From Rhynchopus sp. YZ270_cl-10 (taxonomy: Eukaryota), in the NCBI GenBank assembly GCA_964035575.1, contig OZ037833.1, positions 1,178,001 through 1,242,000 of the forward strand: a DNA stretch of 64,000 nt. The letters are read 5' to 3'. Numbering within the stretch: position 1 is the first letter of the stretch; each line of letters begins with the position of its first letter. The notes beneath the pieces are model-generated. The model did not search any database and had not been told where the DNA came from. It was given only the letters and a program-made list of their open reading frames with translations. Position numbers and translations under genes: made by a program. Of this stretch, positions 1 to 11,384 are shown one piece after another.

Positions 1-3000
1 TCTAACGCGTGCGTTCTAACGCATCCGTTCTAACGCGTCCGTTCTAACGCATCCGTTCTAACGCGTCCGTTCTAACGCATCCGTTCTGACGCGTCCGTTC
101 TAACGTGTCCGTTCTAACGCGTCCGTTCTAACGCATCCGTTCTAACGCATCCGTTCTAACGCGTCCGTTCTAACGCGTCCGTTCTAACGCGTCCGTTCTA
201 ACGCGTCCGTTCTAACGCATCCGTTCTAACGCATCCGTTCTAACGCATCCGTTCTAACGCGTCCGTTCTAACGCGTCCGTTCTGACGCGTCCGTTCTAAC
301 GCGTCCGTTCTGACGAGTCCGTTCTAACGCGTCCGTTCTAACGCATCCGTTCTTACGCGTCCGTTCTAACGCGTCCGTTCTGACGCGTCCGTTCTAACGC
401 ATCCGTTCTTACGCGTCCGTTCTAACGCATCCGTTCTAACGCATCCGTTCTAACGCGTCCGTTCTGACGCGTCCGTTCTAACGCATCCGTTCTTACGCGT
501 CCGTTCTGACGAGTCCGTTCTAACGCGTCCGTTCTAACGCATCCGTTCTAACGCATCCGTTCTAACGCGTCCGTTCTGACGCGTCCGTTCTAACGCATCC
601 GTTCTTACGCGTCCGTTCTAACGCATCCGTTCTAACGCGTGCGTTCTAACGCATCCGTTCTAACGCGTCCGTTCTAACGCGTCCGTTCTAACGCGTGCGT
701 TCTAACGCATCCGTTCTAACGCGTCCGTTCTAACGCATCCGTTCTAACGCATCCGTTCTAACGCATCCGTTCTAACGCGTCCGTTCTAACGCGTCCGTTC
801 TAACGCGTGCGTTCTAACGCATCCGTTCTAACGCGTCCGTTCTAACGCATCCGTTCTTACGCATCCGTTCTAACGCGTCCGTTCTAACGCGTCCGTTCTA
901 ACGCATCCGTTCTTACGCATCCGTTCTAACGCATCCGTTCTAACGCGTCCGTTCTAACGCATCCGTTCTTACGCATCCGTTCTAACGCGTCCGTTCTAAC
1001 GCGTCCGTTCTAACGCGTCCGTTCTAACGCATCCGTTCTTACGCGTCCGTTCTAACGCATCCGTTCTGACGCGTCCGTTCTAACGCGTCCGTTCTTACGC
1101 ATCCGTTCTAACGCATCCGTTCTAACGCGTCCGTTCTAACGCATCCGTTCTTACTCATCCGTTCTAACGCATCCGTTCTAACGCGTCCGTTCTAACGCAT
1201 CCGTTCTTACTCATCCGTTCTAACGCATCCGTTCTTACGCATCCGTTCTAACGCATCCGTTCTAACGCGTCCGTTCTAACGCGTCCGTTCTAACGCATCC
1301 GTTCTTACTCATCCGTTCTAACGCATCCGTTCTAACGCGTCCGTTCTAACGCATCCGTTCTGATGCGTCCGTTCTATCGCGTTCGTTCTAACGCATCCGT
1401 TCTAACGCATCCGTTCTGATGCGTCCGTTCTAACGCGTCCGTTCTAACGCGTCCGTTCTTACGCGTCCGTTCTAACGCGTCCGTTCTAACGCATCCGTTC
1501 TTACTCGTCCGTTCTAACGCATCCGTTCTAACGCGTCCGTTCTTACGCATCCGTTCTAACGCATCCGTTCTAACGCGTCCGTTCTGACGCATCCGTTCTA
1601 ACGCATCCGTTCTTACGCATCCGTTCTAATGCATCCGTTCTAACGCATCCGTTCTTACGCATCTGTTCTAACGCGTCCGTTCTAACGCATCCGTTCTGAC
1701 GCATCCGTTCTAACGCATCCGTTCTTACTCGTCCGTTCTAACGCGTCCGTTCTTACGCATCCGTTCTAACGCATCCGTTCTAACGCATCTGTTCTAACGC
1801 GTCCGTTCTAACGCATCCGTTCTGACGCATCCGTTCTAACGCATCCGTTCTTACTCGTCCGTTCTAACGCATCCGTTCTTACTCGTCCGTTCTTACGCAT
1901 CTGTTCTAACGCGTCCGTTCTGACGCATCCGTTCTAACGCATCCGTTCTGACGCATCCGTTCTAACGCATCCGTTCTAACGCGTCCGTTCTAACGCATCC
2001 GTTCTTACTCGTCCGTTCTAACGCATCCGTTCTAACGCGTCCGTTCTGACGCATCCGTTCTAACGCGTCCGTTCTTACGCATCCGTTCTAACGCATCCGT
2101 TCTAACGCGTCCGTTCTTACGCATCCGTTCTAACGCATCCGTTCTTACTCGTCCGTTCTAACGCATCCGTTCTAACGCGTCCGTTCTGACGCATCCGTTC
2201 TAACGCGTCCGTTCTTACGCATCCGTTCTAACGCATCCGTTCTAACGCGTCCGTTCTGACGCATCCGTTCTAACGCGTCCGTTCTGACGCATCCGTTCTA
2301 ACGCGTCCGTTCTAACGCATCCGTTCTAACGCGTCCGTTCTGACGCATCCGTTCTAACGCATCCGTTCTAACGCGTCCGTTCTGACGCATCCGTTCTAAT
2401 GCATCCGTTCTGACGCGTCCGTTCTGACGCATCCGTTCTAACGCATCCGTTCTAACGCGTCCGTTCTGACGCATCCGTTCTTACGCATCCGTTCTTACAC
2501 ATCCGTTTCTAACGCATCCGTTCTAACGCGTCCGTTCTAACGCGTCCGTTCTGACGCATCCGTTCTTACGCGTCCGTTCTAACGCATCCGTTCTGACGCA
2601 TCCGTTCTTACTCGTCCGTTCTAACGCATCCGTTCTAACGCGTCCGTTCTAACGCATCCGTTCTGACGCATCCGTTCTTACTCGTCCGTTCTAACGCATC
2701 CGTTCTTACGCATCCGTTCTAACGAGTCTGTTCTAACGCATCCGTTCCAACGCATCCGTTCTAACGCGTCCGTTCTTACGCATCCGTTCTTACTCGTCCG
2801 TTCTAACGCATCCGTTCTTACGCATCCGTTTCTAACGCATCCGTTCTAACGCGTCCGTTCTTACGCATCAGTTCTAACGAGTCCGTTCTAACGCGTCCGT
2901 TCTGACGCGTCCGTTCTCACGCGTCCGTTCTAACGCGTCCGTTCTAACGCGTCCGTTCTGACGCGTCCGTTCTAACGCGTCCGTTCTGACGCGTCCGTTC

Positions 3001-3750
3001 TAACGCGTCCGTTCTTAGGCATCCGTTCTAACGCATCCGTTCTTACGCATCCGTTCTTACGCATCCGTTCTAACGCATCCGTTCTAACGCATCCGTTCTA
3101 ACGCATCCGTTCTAACGCGTCCGTTCTAACGCGTCCGTTCTGATGCATCCGTTCTAACGCATCCGTTCTACGCATCCGTTCTAACGCATCCGTTCTAAAG
3201 CATCCGTTCTAACGCGTCCGTTCTGATGCATCCGTTCTAACGCATCCGTTCTAACGCATCCGTTCTAACGCGTCCGTTCTAACGCATCCGTTCTAACGCA
3301 TCCGTTCTAACGCGTCCGTTCTAACGCGTCCGTTCTAACGCATCCGTTCTGACGCATCCGTTCTTACTCGTCCGTTCTAACGCATCCGTTCTTACGCATC
3401 CGTTCTTACGCATCCGTTTCTAACGCATCCGTTCTGACGCATCCGTTCTGACGCGTTCGTTCTAACGCGTCCGTTCTTACTCGTCCGTTCTAACGCATCC
3501 GTTCTTACGCATCCGTTCTAACGCATCCGTTCTACGCATCCGTTCTAACGCATCCGTTCTAACGCGTCCGTTCTAACGCATCCGTTCTGACGCGTCCGTT
3601 CTAACGAGTCCGTTCTAACGCGTCCGTTCTGACGCATCCGTTCTAACGCGTCCGTTCTTACGCATCCGTTCTAACGCATCCGTTCTTACTCGTCCGTTCT
3701 AACGCATCCGTTCTAACGCGTCCGTTCTAACGCGTCCGTTCTGACGCGTC
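1..3750. repeat. 14-bp tandem satellite, consensus TTCTAACGCRTCCG (~265 copies, runs off the window start)
   Basis: Uninterrupted 14-nt period with variants CTGAC/CTTAC/ACTC; ends abruptly at ...CTGACGCGTC|AGTAAT. Confidence 0.98.
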
Positions 3751-3856
3751 AGTAATAGGAGAAATCGAGAGATGGGCGCAGGAATTAAAACCCGGTAGAA
3801 ATGTACTGCGCCAATATATTTTCTGAAACCCTTATTTTTTACTATCCGTTACCCTA

Positions 3857-3965
3857 CCCTGGCACCGCCCTGGCACCACCCTGGCACCGCCCTGGCACCA
3901 CCCTGGCACCACCCTGGCACCACCCTGGCACCACCCTGGCACCACCCTGGCACCGCCCTGGCACC
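3857..3965. repeat. 11-bp tandem repeat CCCTGGCACCR (~10 copies) in the viral left terminal region
   Basis: Directly visible between the AGT terminus and the fibre gene stop codon. Confidence 0.9.
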
Positions 3966-3995
3966 GGCCGGTGCTTTCTGCCCTACCTCCACACC

Positions 3996-6537
3996 TTAGG
4001 TCATCTTCCGCCAGGAACTCCTTGAAGCAAATGGTCCAGCCTGAAGTACCCGAATCCACTTGTCTTGGGTTTGCACAGAGATGACTTCCTGAATGCGTGA
4101 TGTGTCGTTAGTGATAATTGGATTTGGTAGCGTCTTATTATTGAGCAAGAAGAGAGTTGTTCCACCAAAGTCTGATGGAGCATTGGAATTATTGCTACTG
4201 TTATAAAGGGACGGTGGACCTATTTTCCACCCTAAAATTTCAGATTTTCGCTTTCAGACCAAATTTTAAGTCGATTAAAAATTGTTATTATCCCGCTGCT
4301 ATCCCGCTGTTATCCCGCTGCTATCCCGGTCACTCTTTCCCCCCCTTTTTACCCTTAAACATGCACAATCCTGTAAACCAGAGATACGCTCCACGTGTGG
4401 AACGTATGGAAATCCATACGTGAATTATTTTTGAAAAGGTAGAATCCATACGTGTCCATACGGAGGTAATTTGGGTTTTGGATTGGGGCTGGGGTGGGGG
4501 TAGGTGAGGGGCGGGGGCTCCGACCCGCCTCTCACCTACCCCCCCACAGAATTCTACTCGTAGGGGACAATTTTCTTCAATTTAACCGGAATGGGGGAAT
4601 GCAGCATGGCGAAAGAAAAAGTAGCGCACCGTGCGCCTGCGGCGCTAGCTAACGTGTTGCGGAACCTCTGGAAGCTCACAGGGAGGCCGTGATGGTGATT
4701 GAAGACGACGAGACTGAGGACGACGATGCGAGCTTTTGGCAGCAAAGCCACCAAAAGCCCTCCCTAAGGGAAAAAAGCGCCTGGACGCGATGTTCAACGC
4801 ACAAGGCAAAGGTGCGCAAAGGGGAGGTGAAGGAGGAGCTGCTGCAGGTGAAGGAAGAGGTCTTGGAGGTGGAGCAGCCAGACAGCCCTGTGGACTCTGA
4901 GGTGATGGAGATAGATGCCCCAGCAGCAGAAGTACAAGCAGCCCAACCTGCCCAACCAGCCCCACCATCATCCTCAGACCCTCTGCCCCAGCTGCAACGC
5001 CAGGAAGGAAGATGGCCTTGCTGCAGCCTGCGCTGGCAAAACCGGCATGAAAGCGAGCACGCAAACTGGCCGAACGCCAGAATCCCACCCCAAATTTTTA
5101 ATAAAATTTTTTTTACCATCCCAAAAGTTAAAAAGTTAAAATTTAACTCCAAAACAGGGGGACCTATTATCCTAGGGATAATAGGTCTACCCGGATAATA
5201 GGTCCACCCCCCCTTTACACATAGATCTCTTGGTCGTCTAAGTTTGAGTTAAAGTCAAATGATGTTGGATGATTTATTATTGTACGTGGGTTGAGGTCTA
5301 TCCCATCTATGTCGATTCTCTTCCAACCACTCCATGCACTACCTTTGCGTAGTCGTGAGTACCGTCTTTCACTGAATACCGCAATGAGTTCCTGAATAAC
5401 ATAAGTATCGAAAAGCTTAACGTCCAGTATGATCTCATAGCTACCAATATCTTCAGTAGGACCATTTTGTAAGTTACCTAGTTTGTACATCAGGTATACC
5501 CCACTTGCTGTCTTTGTGTCAAGATCAATTACGGTGTTGGTGGGTAACCCTCTGTCATCCTGGTATGGTTGATATATTTTGTTTTCGATGAGTAACCTTG
5601 ATGCATTGTCTTTGTTGTCCATAGTAGATTCCAAGGTTGTTGTTAGGGCATTGTCTTTACTGTCCATAGTATTCTCAAGTGTCGTTCGTAGTGTGCTATC
5701 TTTGTTGTCCATCGTATTCTCAAGTGTCGTTCGTAGTGTATTGTCTTTACTGTCCATAGTAGATTCCAGTGTTGTCGTTAATGCATTATCTTTGCTATCC
5801 ATCGTAGATTCCAAAGTTGTTCGTAGGGCATTGTCTTTACTGTCCATCGTATTCTCAAGTGTTGTTCTTAGGCCAGTGTCTTTGGTATCCATAGTAGATT
5901 CTAGTGTTGTCGTTAATGCATTGTCCTTCGTGTCCATAATGCTCTCAAGTGTTTCCTGACTCAAGTCTTCACTTGATGTCCATGCTGTCCATGGTACTCC
6001 CACACCTTTACGGATTCGAACATACTTCTTAAGGGAGAACACAGCAAGAAGCTTTTGGGTGACATAGTTTTCGAATACCTTTGTCGTGACAATGAGTTCA
6101 TAGCTGTTCAAGTTTGTGGGTGCGTTTTGTAAGTTCGCCCAGTTGTACAAGTAGTGAACACCTTGGGTTGTGTATGGTGCCACATTCAAGTCGTCATTTG
6201 TATCATCATCTTTATGGTTGTAGTATGGTGTGGGTATCAACTCTCTTGTGATTGTGTCTTTGGTATCCATAAGAGTTTCGAGATCACTTCTTGCTGTATC
6301 AATTCTCCCTTGTACATCACTCATGTAGGCTTGAACTTTCCATTCAAGTTTTCCCCCAATATCTTTTGACACAAGCAACTGATCATCACCCGAAGCTTCA
6401 GGTACCCTATGCGTGACAATCTCATCAATATGCTTCGTAACAATCTCGCCATCCTCCTTTATAGCAATATGACCATCAGGAGCATTCTCTGGTAGGATTG
6501 ATGTTGATTTATCGGATTGAAGATAACCAAATACCAT
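3996..6537 (-). CDS. Fibre/receptor-binding-like virion protein (~509 aa when reconstituted) interrupted by a transposon; segments 6537-5216 and 4203-3996
   Basis: Three copies of a knob-like domain (DLN/DLD...GxY...NxP...QELI...RxR...WxxW) and eight 15-aa [15 protein letters not shown] repeats. Removing 4206-5215 plus one TA joins ...QEIYV to [10 protein letters not shown]...SSWRKMT* in frame. Confidence 0.75.
4206..5215. mobile_element. Non-autonomous DNA transposon (1010 bp, 23-bp TIRs, TA TSD; Tc1/mariner-type signature)
   Basis: AAGGGACGGTGGACCTATTTTCC (4206-4228) versus the reverse complement of 5193-5215, AAGGGGGGGTGGACCTATTATCC. TA at 4204-4205 and 5216-5217. Confidence 0.9.
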
Positions 6538-6582
6538 TATTTTACTATAATACACATCACAATGAATGATGTGTCGTGTCAC

Positions 6583-7035
6583 TTAGGGCATACGTTGAAT
6601 AGTGATTGTCACTGAGATCTTCAATTCAGGTATCTTCTTGCTATCTCTTTCTATCTGTTCCTCAAGTATCTCATCCTCATCCTCATCCTCCTCCTCCACC
6701 TCCTCCTCCTCCTCAACCTCCTCAACCTCCTCAACCTCCTCAACCTCCTCAACCTCCTCAACCTCCTCAACCTCCTCAACCTTCAGATCTGCTAAGTCAT
6801 CATTACATGGTGAAGAAGCTTCAGTAATCTTCTCTAAGTTCTTGATATGTTTCTTCGATAAACAGTGTTGATTATACCCAAGCTTCTTCACACTCTTTTC
6901 ACACGCAGCACAGAAAGCCATCTCATGTTTCTGTCTCTGGTAAGACGCCTTTGCTGACGCAATCATCTTCTCCTTGTTGTTGAGGTAGTAATTCTTGTAG
7001 TACTGTGAATTATGTGGTGCCATTTTTATAGACAT
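6583..7035 (-). CDS. Viral Zn-finger protein with acidic (EEV)n tail; start may be 7023
   Basis: YYKNYYLNNKEK followed by CxxC...HxxSKKH; 9-bp repeat encoding EEV. Confidence 0.75.
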   Translation of the reverse strand: MSIKMAPHNSQYYKNYYLNNKEKMIASAKASYQRQKHEMAFCAACEKSVKKLGYNQHCLSKKHIKNLEKITEASSPCNDDLADLKVEEVEEVEEVEEVEEVEEVEEVEEEEEVEEEDEDEDEILEEQIERDSKKIPELKISVTITIQRMP

Positions 7036-7079
7036 TGTGTTTTTTATTTATATTCTTAAAAAAAAGAAAGTAAAAGAAA

Positions 7080-10000
7080 ATGATAACATCAGATAAGAAA
7101 CTCAAGGAGATAACTCAAGAGTACACCACCCCAATCAAAGCCTATGAGAAGCAGATCAACCTCCTCGGTAAGGCAGTGACGACTGGGGTATTGAGTGTTG
7201 GTACGATCCAAGCCATACAACAGGATGTCCTTCTAATTCAAGACAAGATCGTAAATCTCAAGTTGGAACAGAAGAAGGCTCTGGTACCATTTCATGAGGA
7301 GAAGAAGAAGGATAAGGTTGTCAAGAAGAAGATCACAGACAAGGAGCTTCTACCATTCGTACAAGAAGATATCAAGGATCTGAAGACAGCTGTTGCAAAG
7401 GCTAAGAAAGATCTCAAAGGTACCTTCTTCAAGCAGAACAAGTCAAGATTCGTCAGAGACTTCACAGAGGAACAACAAGGGCAGCTGAATGATATCGAGA
7501 AGCAACACAAGGAAGCCAAACGTAAGATTCTTGATGATGCAAAAGAGACACACAAGGAAGATATCATTCGGGGGAGGCTTGGAATAAAGAAGGAAGAACA
7601 GACAACTATCACTGAAGACCCCAACCATCTGGAGGAACTTATCGCAAAAACCACAGTAAAAGTCATCCATGGAGACAAAGGTACAGATGCCAAGATGATA
7701 ATAGAGCTCCCTGAACCGCTAGATGAGTACTTCTCTTCAACAATACGTGCACAATATGACACCATCACCGCATTCATTCAGGGAGACTTAGAAGGCAATC
7801 GCACCAAGAAGGTTAAGTTTATCTTGATGGCTATCTTCAGCAAACCAGACAATGAATCACCCAAACAAATCAGCAAGGAAGTATTCCTCAACAGTGTACT
7901 TGCAACAGACGTACTTGACTTAGATGCAGTTATGAAGCAAGGGAATGAGCTCTTCAACCGCGATGAAGGGGAGTCAGGTTTATTCTTTGTTGGCTTCAAG
8001 TATGTCACGATATTAACCTACAACACACAGATGAGCATCGGTGGTGAATATATTGATGTTGTGGAGAGGTTCAGTGCCAACTCCAATCTCAAGAAGAATA
8101 TTGTGAATGTAAAGAATGATGAGTACCCAGAAGTCAACAACGCATGCTTCCGTTTTGCTGTGATGGCACATGAGCATAACTTCCCGAAAGACGCATCACG
8201 AGTGAGCAAGTACTACAAGAAGAAGACTGGATGGATCGACTCAGATTATGATTTTTCTATGTTTACTGACTACACGCTTCCTACAACGGATCAGCAGGTC
8301 AAACACTTCCTGAAGGAAAACAAGAACACATCAATTAGCATATATGGTATTGAAGCTGCAGGCAAGTTCCATGTGTTGAGGCACGAGAAGTCCCCAAAGG
8401 AAGACCACATCAACCTCCTCTTCCATGACAACCACTACATGCTGATCAAGAACCTGAGCAAGATGATGGGTGATAATAACAAATATGTGTGTCCCAAGTG
8501 TTTGTCAGTCAAGAAGGATACCAAGAAGGAGATTGATGCCCACCTTGAGTCATGCAACGAGAAACCAACACAGAGAACACAGATGGCAAGGTCTGCTATT
8601 ATTGAGTTCTCCGAGAACAAGATGAAGAACAAAGAGATGAAGCCATTCATTATTACAGCAGATTTCGAGAGCTTCCTTGACACAAGAGACCAGGATACAT
8701 CATACAGCAAGACAAAGATAAAGACGCAGACAGGCAAAGATGAGACAACCATTCTCCAAACCCATCGTGCAGCCTCTTTCTCCCTAAAGCTTGTACCCGA
8801 CACTTCACTCAACTTTGCAGGTAAAACACTTTACACATACACACCTTCAGATCAAGATGATGCAGTTGAGTACGAGACTGACTTACTTGGTCAATTCAAC
8901 AATGCCTGCCAGGAGATAGCCGAGGACGTTGCAGCATTCATGACCACAAGCCAGAAGGAGTATGGTAGCATTGATAGTGCATGCATCGCATTTACAGCTG
9001 AAGATAAGGACAGACATGAAGAAGCCAAGAAGTGTGCATTCTGCAACAAGACCTTTAACTTCCAAAACATCAAAGTCAGAGACCATTGCCATTTGACTGG
9101 GAAGTACAGAAGGGCCTTGTGCTCTTGGTGCAACCTCAACAACAAGACAGAGTACAACATCCCCATCTACTTCCACAACGCCAGAGGATACGACAACAAC
9201 TATATCTTCAAGATGCTGAAGCAGTATGACTCAAATGGCGTCAATGTTCTGAACACCAACAGCCAAACAACAATGCTGATCAAGATGGACAAGTACACGA
9301 AGGTCAAGGTAAATCATGGGAAGGAGATTAAGAATAGGAAGATTTCGTTCCAGGTGAAGGATAGTCTACAAGTCATGTCGTCTTCGTTGGACACGCTGTT
9401 GAAGAACTTACCCCATGATCAGAAGGTACATCAGCTAGACTACATCAAGACCGCACACAGGGATATTGACGTGAATGATAAAGGCATGCTTGACCTCTTG
9501 TTGGGTAAAGGAGTGTTTCCATATTCGTACTTCGACAGTCCCAAGAAGCTAAGTGGATCACTACCATCGAAAGACCTATGGTATGACTGTCTAAGGCAGG
9601 ATGACATCAAACAAGAAGACTACGATAAAGCCTGCAGAGTGTGGAACACTCTAAAGTGCAAGACCTTCAAAGACTACCACGACTTCTACCTCAACATGGA
9701 TGTGCTTGGTCTTGCAGACGTCCTACAGGCACAAAGGAAGAACCTCCACACAACACATAAGCTGGACATTTGCCACTACTGCAGTCTCCCGAGCTTCAGC
9801 TATGATGCATGGCTACTGAAGCAACAAGAAGATGATGTGAAGATGAAGACCCTGAAGGACCCAGAACTATACGAGTTGTTTGAGGATCAAAAGCGTGGAG
9901 GGTTTACATGCACTGTGAAGAGACACTGCAAGGCCAACAACAAGCACACAAGAAGCGCAGACAACCAAGGCAAAGAAGGAGACACACACCTGTTGTACAT

Positions 10001-11336
10001 TGACGCAAACAACTTATACGGGTGGGCTATGTGCAAGAAGCTTCCCTACGATGATTTCAAGCTGATAGAATGCAAGAGTTTGGACTCAGGAGCAGAGCTC
10101 CATCGAGGGTTAACACCCGAGGAGACTGAGAAGATGATTGCCGACTACAACCCAGAGAGTGACACAGGTTATGCTCTAGAAGTTGACCTTGAGTACCCTT
10201 TGAGCCTCCACGACAAGCACTGGGACTTCCCTCTTGCACCATACAATAGGACTGTTAGAAGTGGAGAGCTGTCAGACTACCAGAGGAAAGTACTTGATGA
10301 TGAGAAGCATGCAGAGGGTGGGAAGCTTATTGCAGACTTCAAAGACAGAGTGAAGCAGACATACAACATTGAGTACTTGCAGTTCCTCCTCAGGCAAGGT
10401 CTGAAGTTGACGAAGGTCCACCGCATTGTCTCATTCAAGCAGGACAACATCATGAAGCCATACATTGACAAGAACAGTGCACTGAGAGCACAGGCAAAGA
10501 ACGATTTCGAGAAGGACCTGTACAAGTTGCTCAACAACTCCATCTATGGGAAGACCTTGGAAAATGTTCGTGGTAGGACAGAGATGAAGAACATCCCTTA
10601 CGACAAGACAAAGTGGGTGAAGGGGAAGGAGGTTCCAATGACAGAGGAGGAAATCAAGGAGTACATAGCAAAACATCAAAGCAAACCATTCTTCAACTGC
10701 AACACTGTCGACCTGAAGAGTAGCAAGATACTTCAATTCATGCAGGGGGACGTCACTCTTGACAAGCCTGTTTACATTGGCTCACAAATCCTGGACTACA
10801 GTAAGCTTCTCATGAACAGCTTCTTCTACGACACCCTCATCCCACATTTCGGAAGGGAGAACGTGACCATGGCCTATACCGACACTGACAGCTTTGTGCT
10901 GGAGATAACAACAAAGGATCTTGATGAGGAGCTTGCCAAGCTGTCTGCGGACTTCGACTTCAGCAACTACCCAACAACCCACGAGCTGTATGACGTAAAC
11001 AGCAAGAAGGTCCCAGGGAAGTTCAAAGATGAGCTGGCTGGTGATGTGATGGTTGAGTTCATTGGCTTGAGGGCAAAGTGCTATGCCTACTCAACGATCA
11101 AGAAGAACGACGACAACAAGGCCAAGGGTATAGCAAAGTCTGTCAGTAAAACTCTCAACCTGGACACCTATCGAAGTACCCTTGAATCCCACAAGAAGCA
11201 CGTTGTGACGATCAACAGCATCGAGAAGAGGGATCATGAGCTGCATACAGTGAGGTCTCAGAAGATAGCATTGAGTGCCTTCGATGACAAGAGGTATATT
11301 TGCGAGGATGGAGTCACCACAAAGGCCTACCGATAA
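7080..11336 (+). CDS. polB: Protein-primed family B DNA polymerase (pPolB), 1418 aa
   Basis: Exo motifs DFES, FHNARGYD, YLNMD; Pol motifs YIDANNLYG, KLLNNSIYGK, YTDTDS; inserted EndoVII-like CxxC..DHCHLTGKYR..CxxCN; OTU-like N-terminal NACF...NHY. Confidence 0.97.
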   Translation: MITSDKKLKEITQEYTTPIKAYEKQINLLGKAVTTGVLSVGTIQAIQQDVLLIQDKIVNLKLEQKKALVPFHEEKKKDKVVKKKITDKELLPFVQEDIKDLKTAVAKAKKDLKGTFFKQNKSRFVRDFTEEQQGQLNDIEKQHKEAKRKILDDAKETHKEDIIRGRLGIKKEEQTTITEDPNHLEELIAKTTVKVIHGDKGTDAKMIIELPEPLDEYFSSTIRAQYDTITAFIQGDLEGNRTKKVKFILMAIFSKPDNESPKQISKEVFLNSVLATDVLDLDAVMKQGNELFNRDEGESGLFFVGFKYVTILTYNTQMSIGGEYIDVVERFSANSNLKKNIVNVKNDEYPEVNNACFRFAVMAHEHNFPKDASRVSKYYKKKTGWIDSDYDFSMFTDYTLPTTDQQVKHFLKENKNTSISIYGIEAAGKFHVLRHEKSPKEDHINLLFHDNHYMLIKNLSKMMGDNNKYVCPKCLSVKKDTKKEIDAHLESCNEKPTQRTQMARSAIIEFSENKMKNKEMKPFIITADFESFLDTRDQDTSYSKTKIKTQTGKDETTILQTHRAASFSLKLVPDTSLNFAGKTLYTYTPSDQDDAVEYETDLLGQFNNACQEIAEDVAAFMTTSQKEYGSIDSACIAFTAEDKDRHEEAKKCAFCNKTFNFQNIKVRDHCHLTGKYRRALCSWCNLNNKTEYNIPIYFHNARGYDNNYIFKMLKQYDSNGVNVLNTNSQTTMLIKMDKYTKVKVNHGKEIKNRKISFQVKDSLQVMSSSLDTLLKNLPHDQKVHQLDYIKTAHRDIDVNDKGMLDLLLGKGVFPYSYFDSPKKLSGSLPSKDLWYDCLRQDDIKQEDYDKACRVWNTLKCKTFKDYHDFYLNMDVLGLADVLQAQRKNLHTTHKLDICHYCSLPSFSYDAWLLKQQEDDVKMKTLKDPELYELFEDQKRGGFTCTVKRHCKANNKHTRSADNQGKEGDTHLLYIDANNLYGWAMCKKLPYDDFKLIECKSLDSGAELHRGLTPEETEKMIADYNPESDTGYALEVDLEYPLSLHDKHWDFPLAPYNRTVRSGELSDYQRKVLDDEKHAEGGKLIADFKDRVKQTYNIEYLQFLLRQGLKLTKVHRIVSFKQDNIMKPYIDKNSALRAQAKNDFEKDLYKLLNNSIYGKTLENVRGRTEMKNIPYDKTKWVKGKEVPMTEEEIKEYIAKHQSKPFFNCNTVDLKSSKILQFMQGDVTLDKPVYIGSQILDYSKLLMNSFFYDTLIPHFGRENVTMAYTDTDSFVLEITTKDLDEELAKLSADFDFSNYPTTHELYDVNSKKVPGKFKDELAGDVMVEFIGLRAKCYAYSTIKKNDDNKAKGIAKSVSKTLNLDTYRSTLESHKKHVVTINSIEKRDHELHTVRSQKIALSAFDDKRYICEDGVTTKAYR

Positions 11337-11345
11337 GTCTTCAAT

Positions 11346-11368
11346 ATACATATCTCTGCGATATGTAT
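11346..11368. terminator. Putative bidirectional termination/polyadenylation hairpin between polB and MCP
   Basis: ATACATATC-TCTGC-GATATGTAT perfect 9-bp stem; exact reverse-complement copy at 15747-15769. Confidence 0.55.
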
Positions 11369-11384
11369 GTCTCTTATAGCAGTC

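Noticed and set aside
1..3750. CRISPR-like array or coding repeat (ORF 1374-1592)
   Set aside because: Contiguous 14-bp units with no unique spacers and no cas genes; the ORF is a by-product of the repeat.
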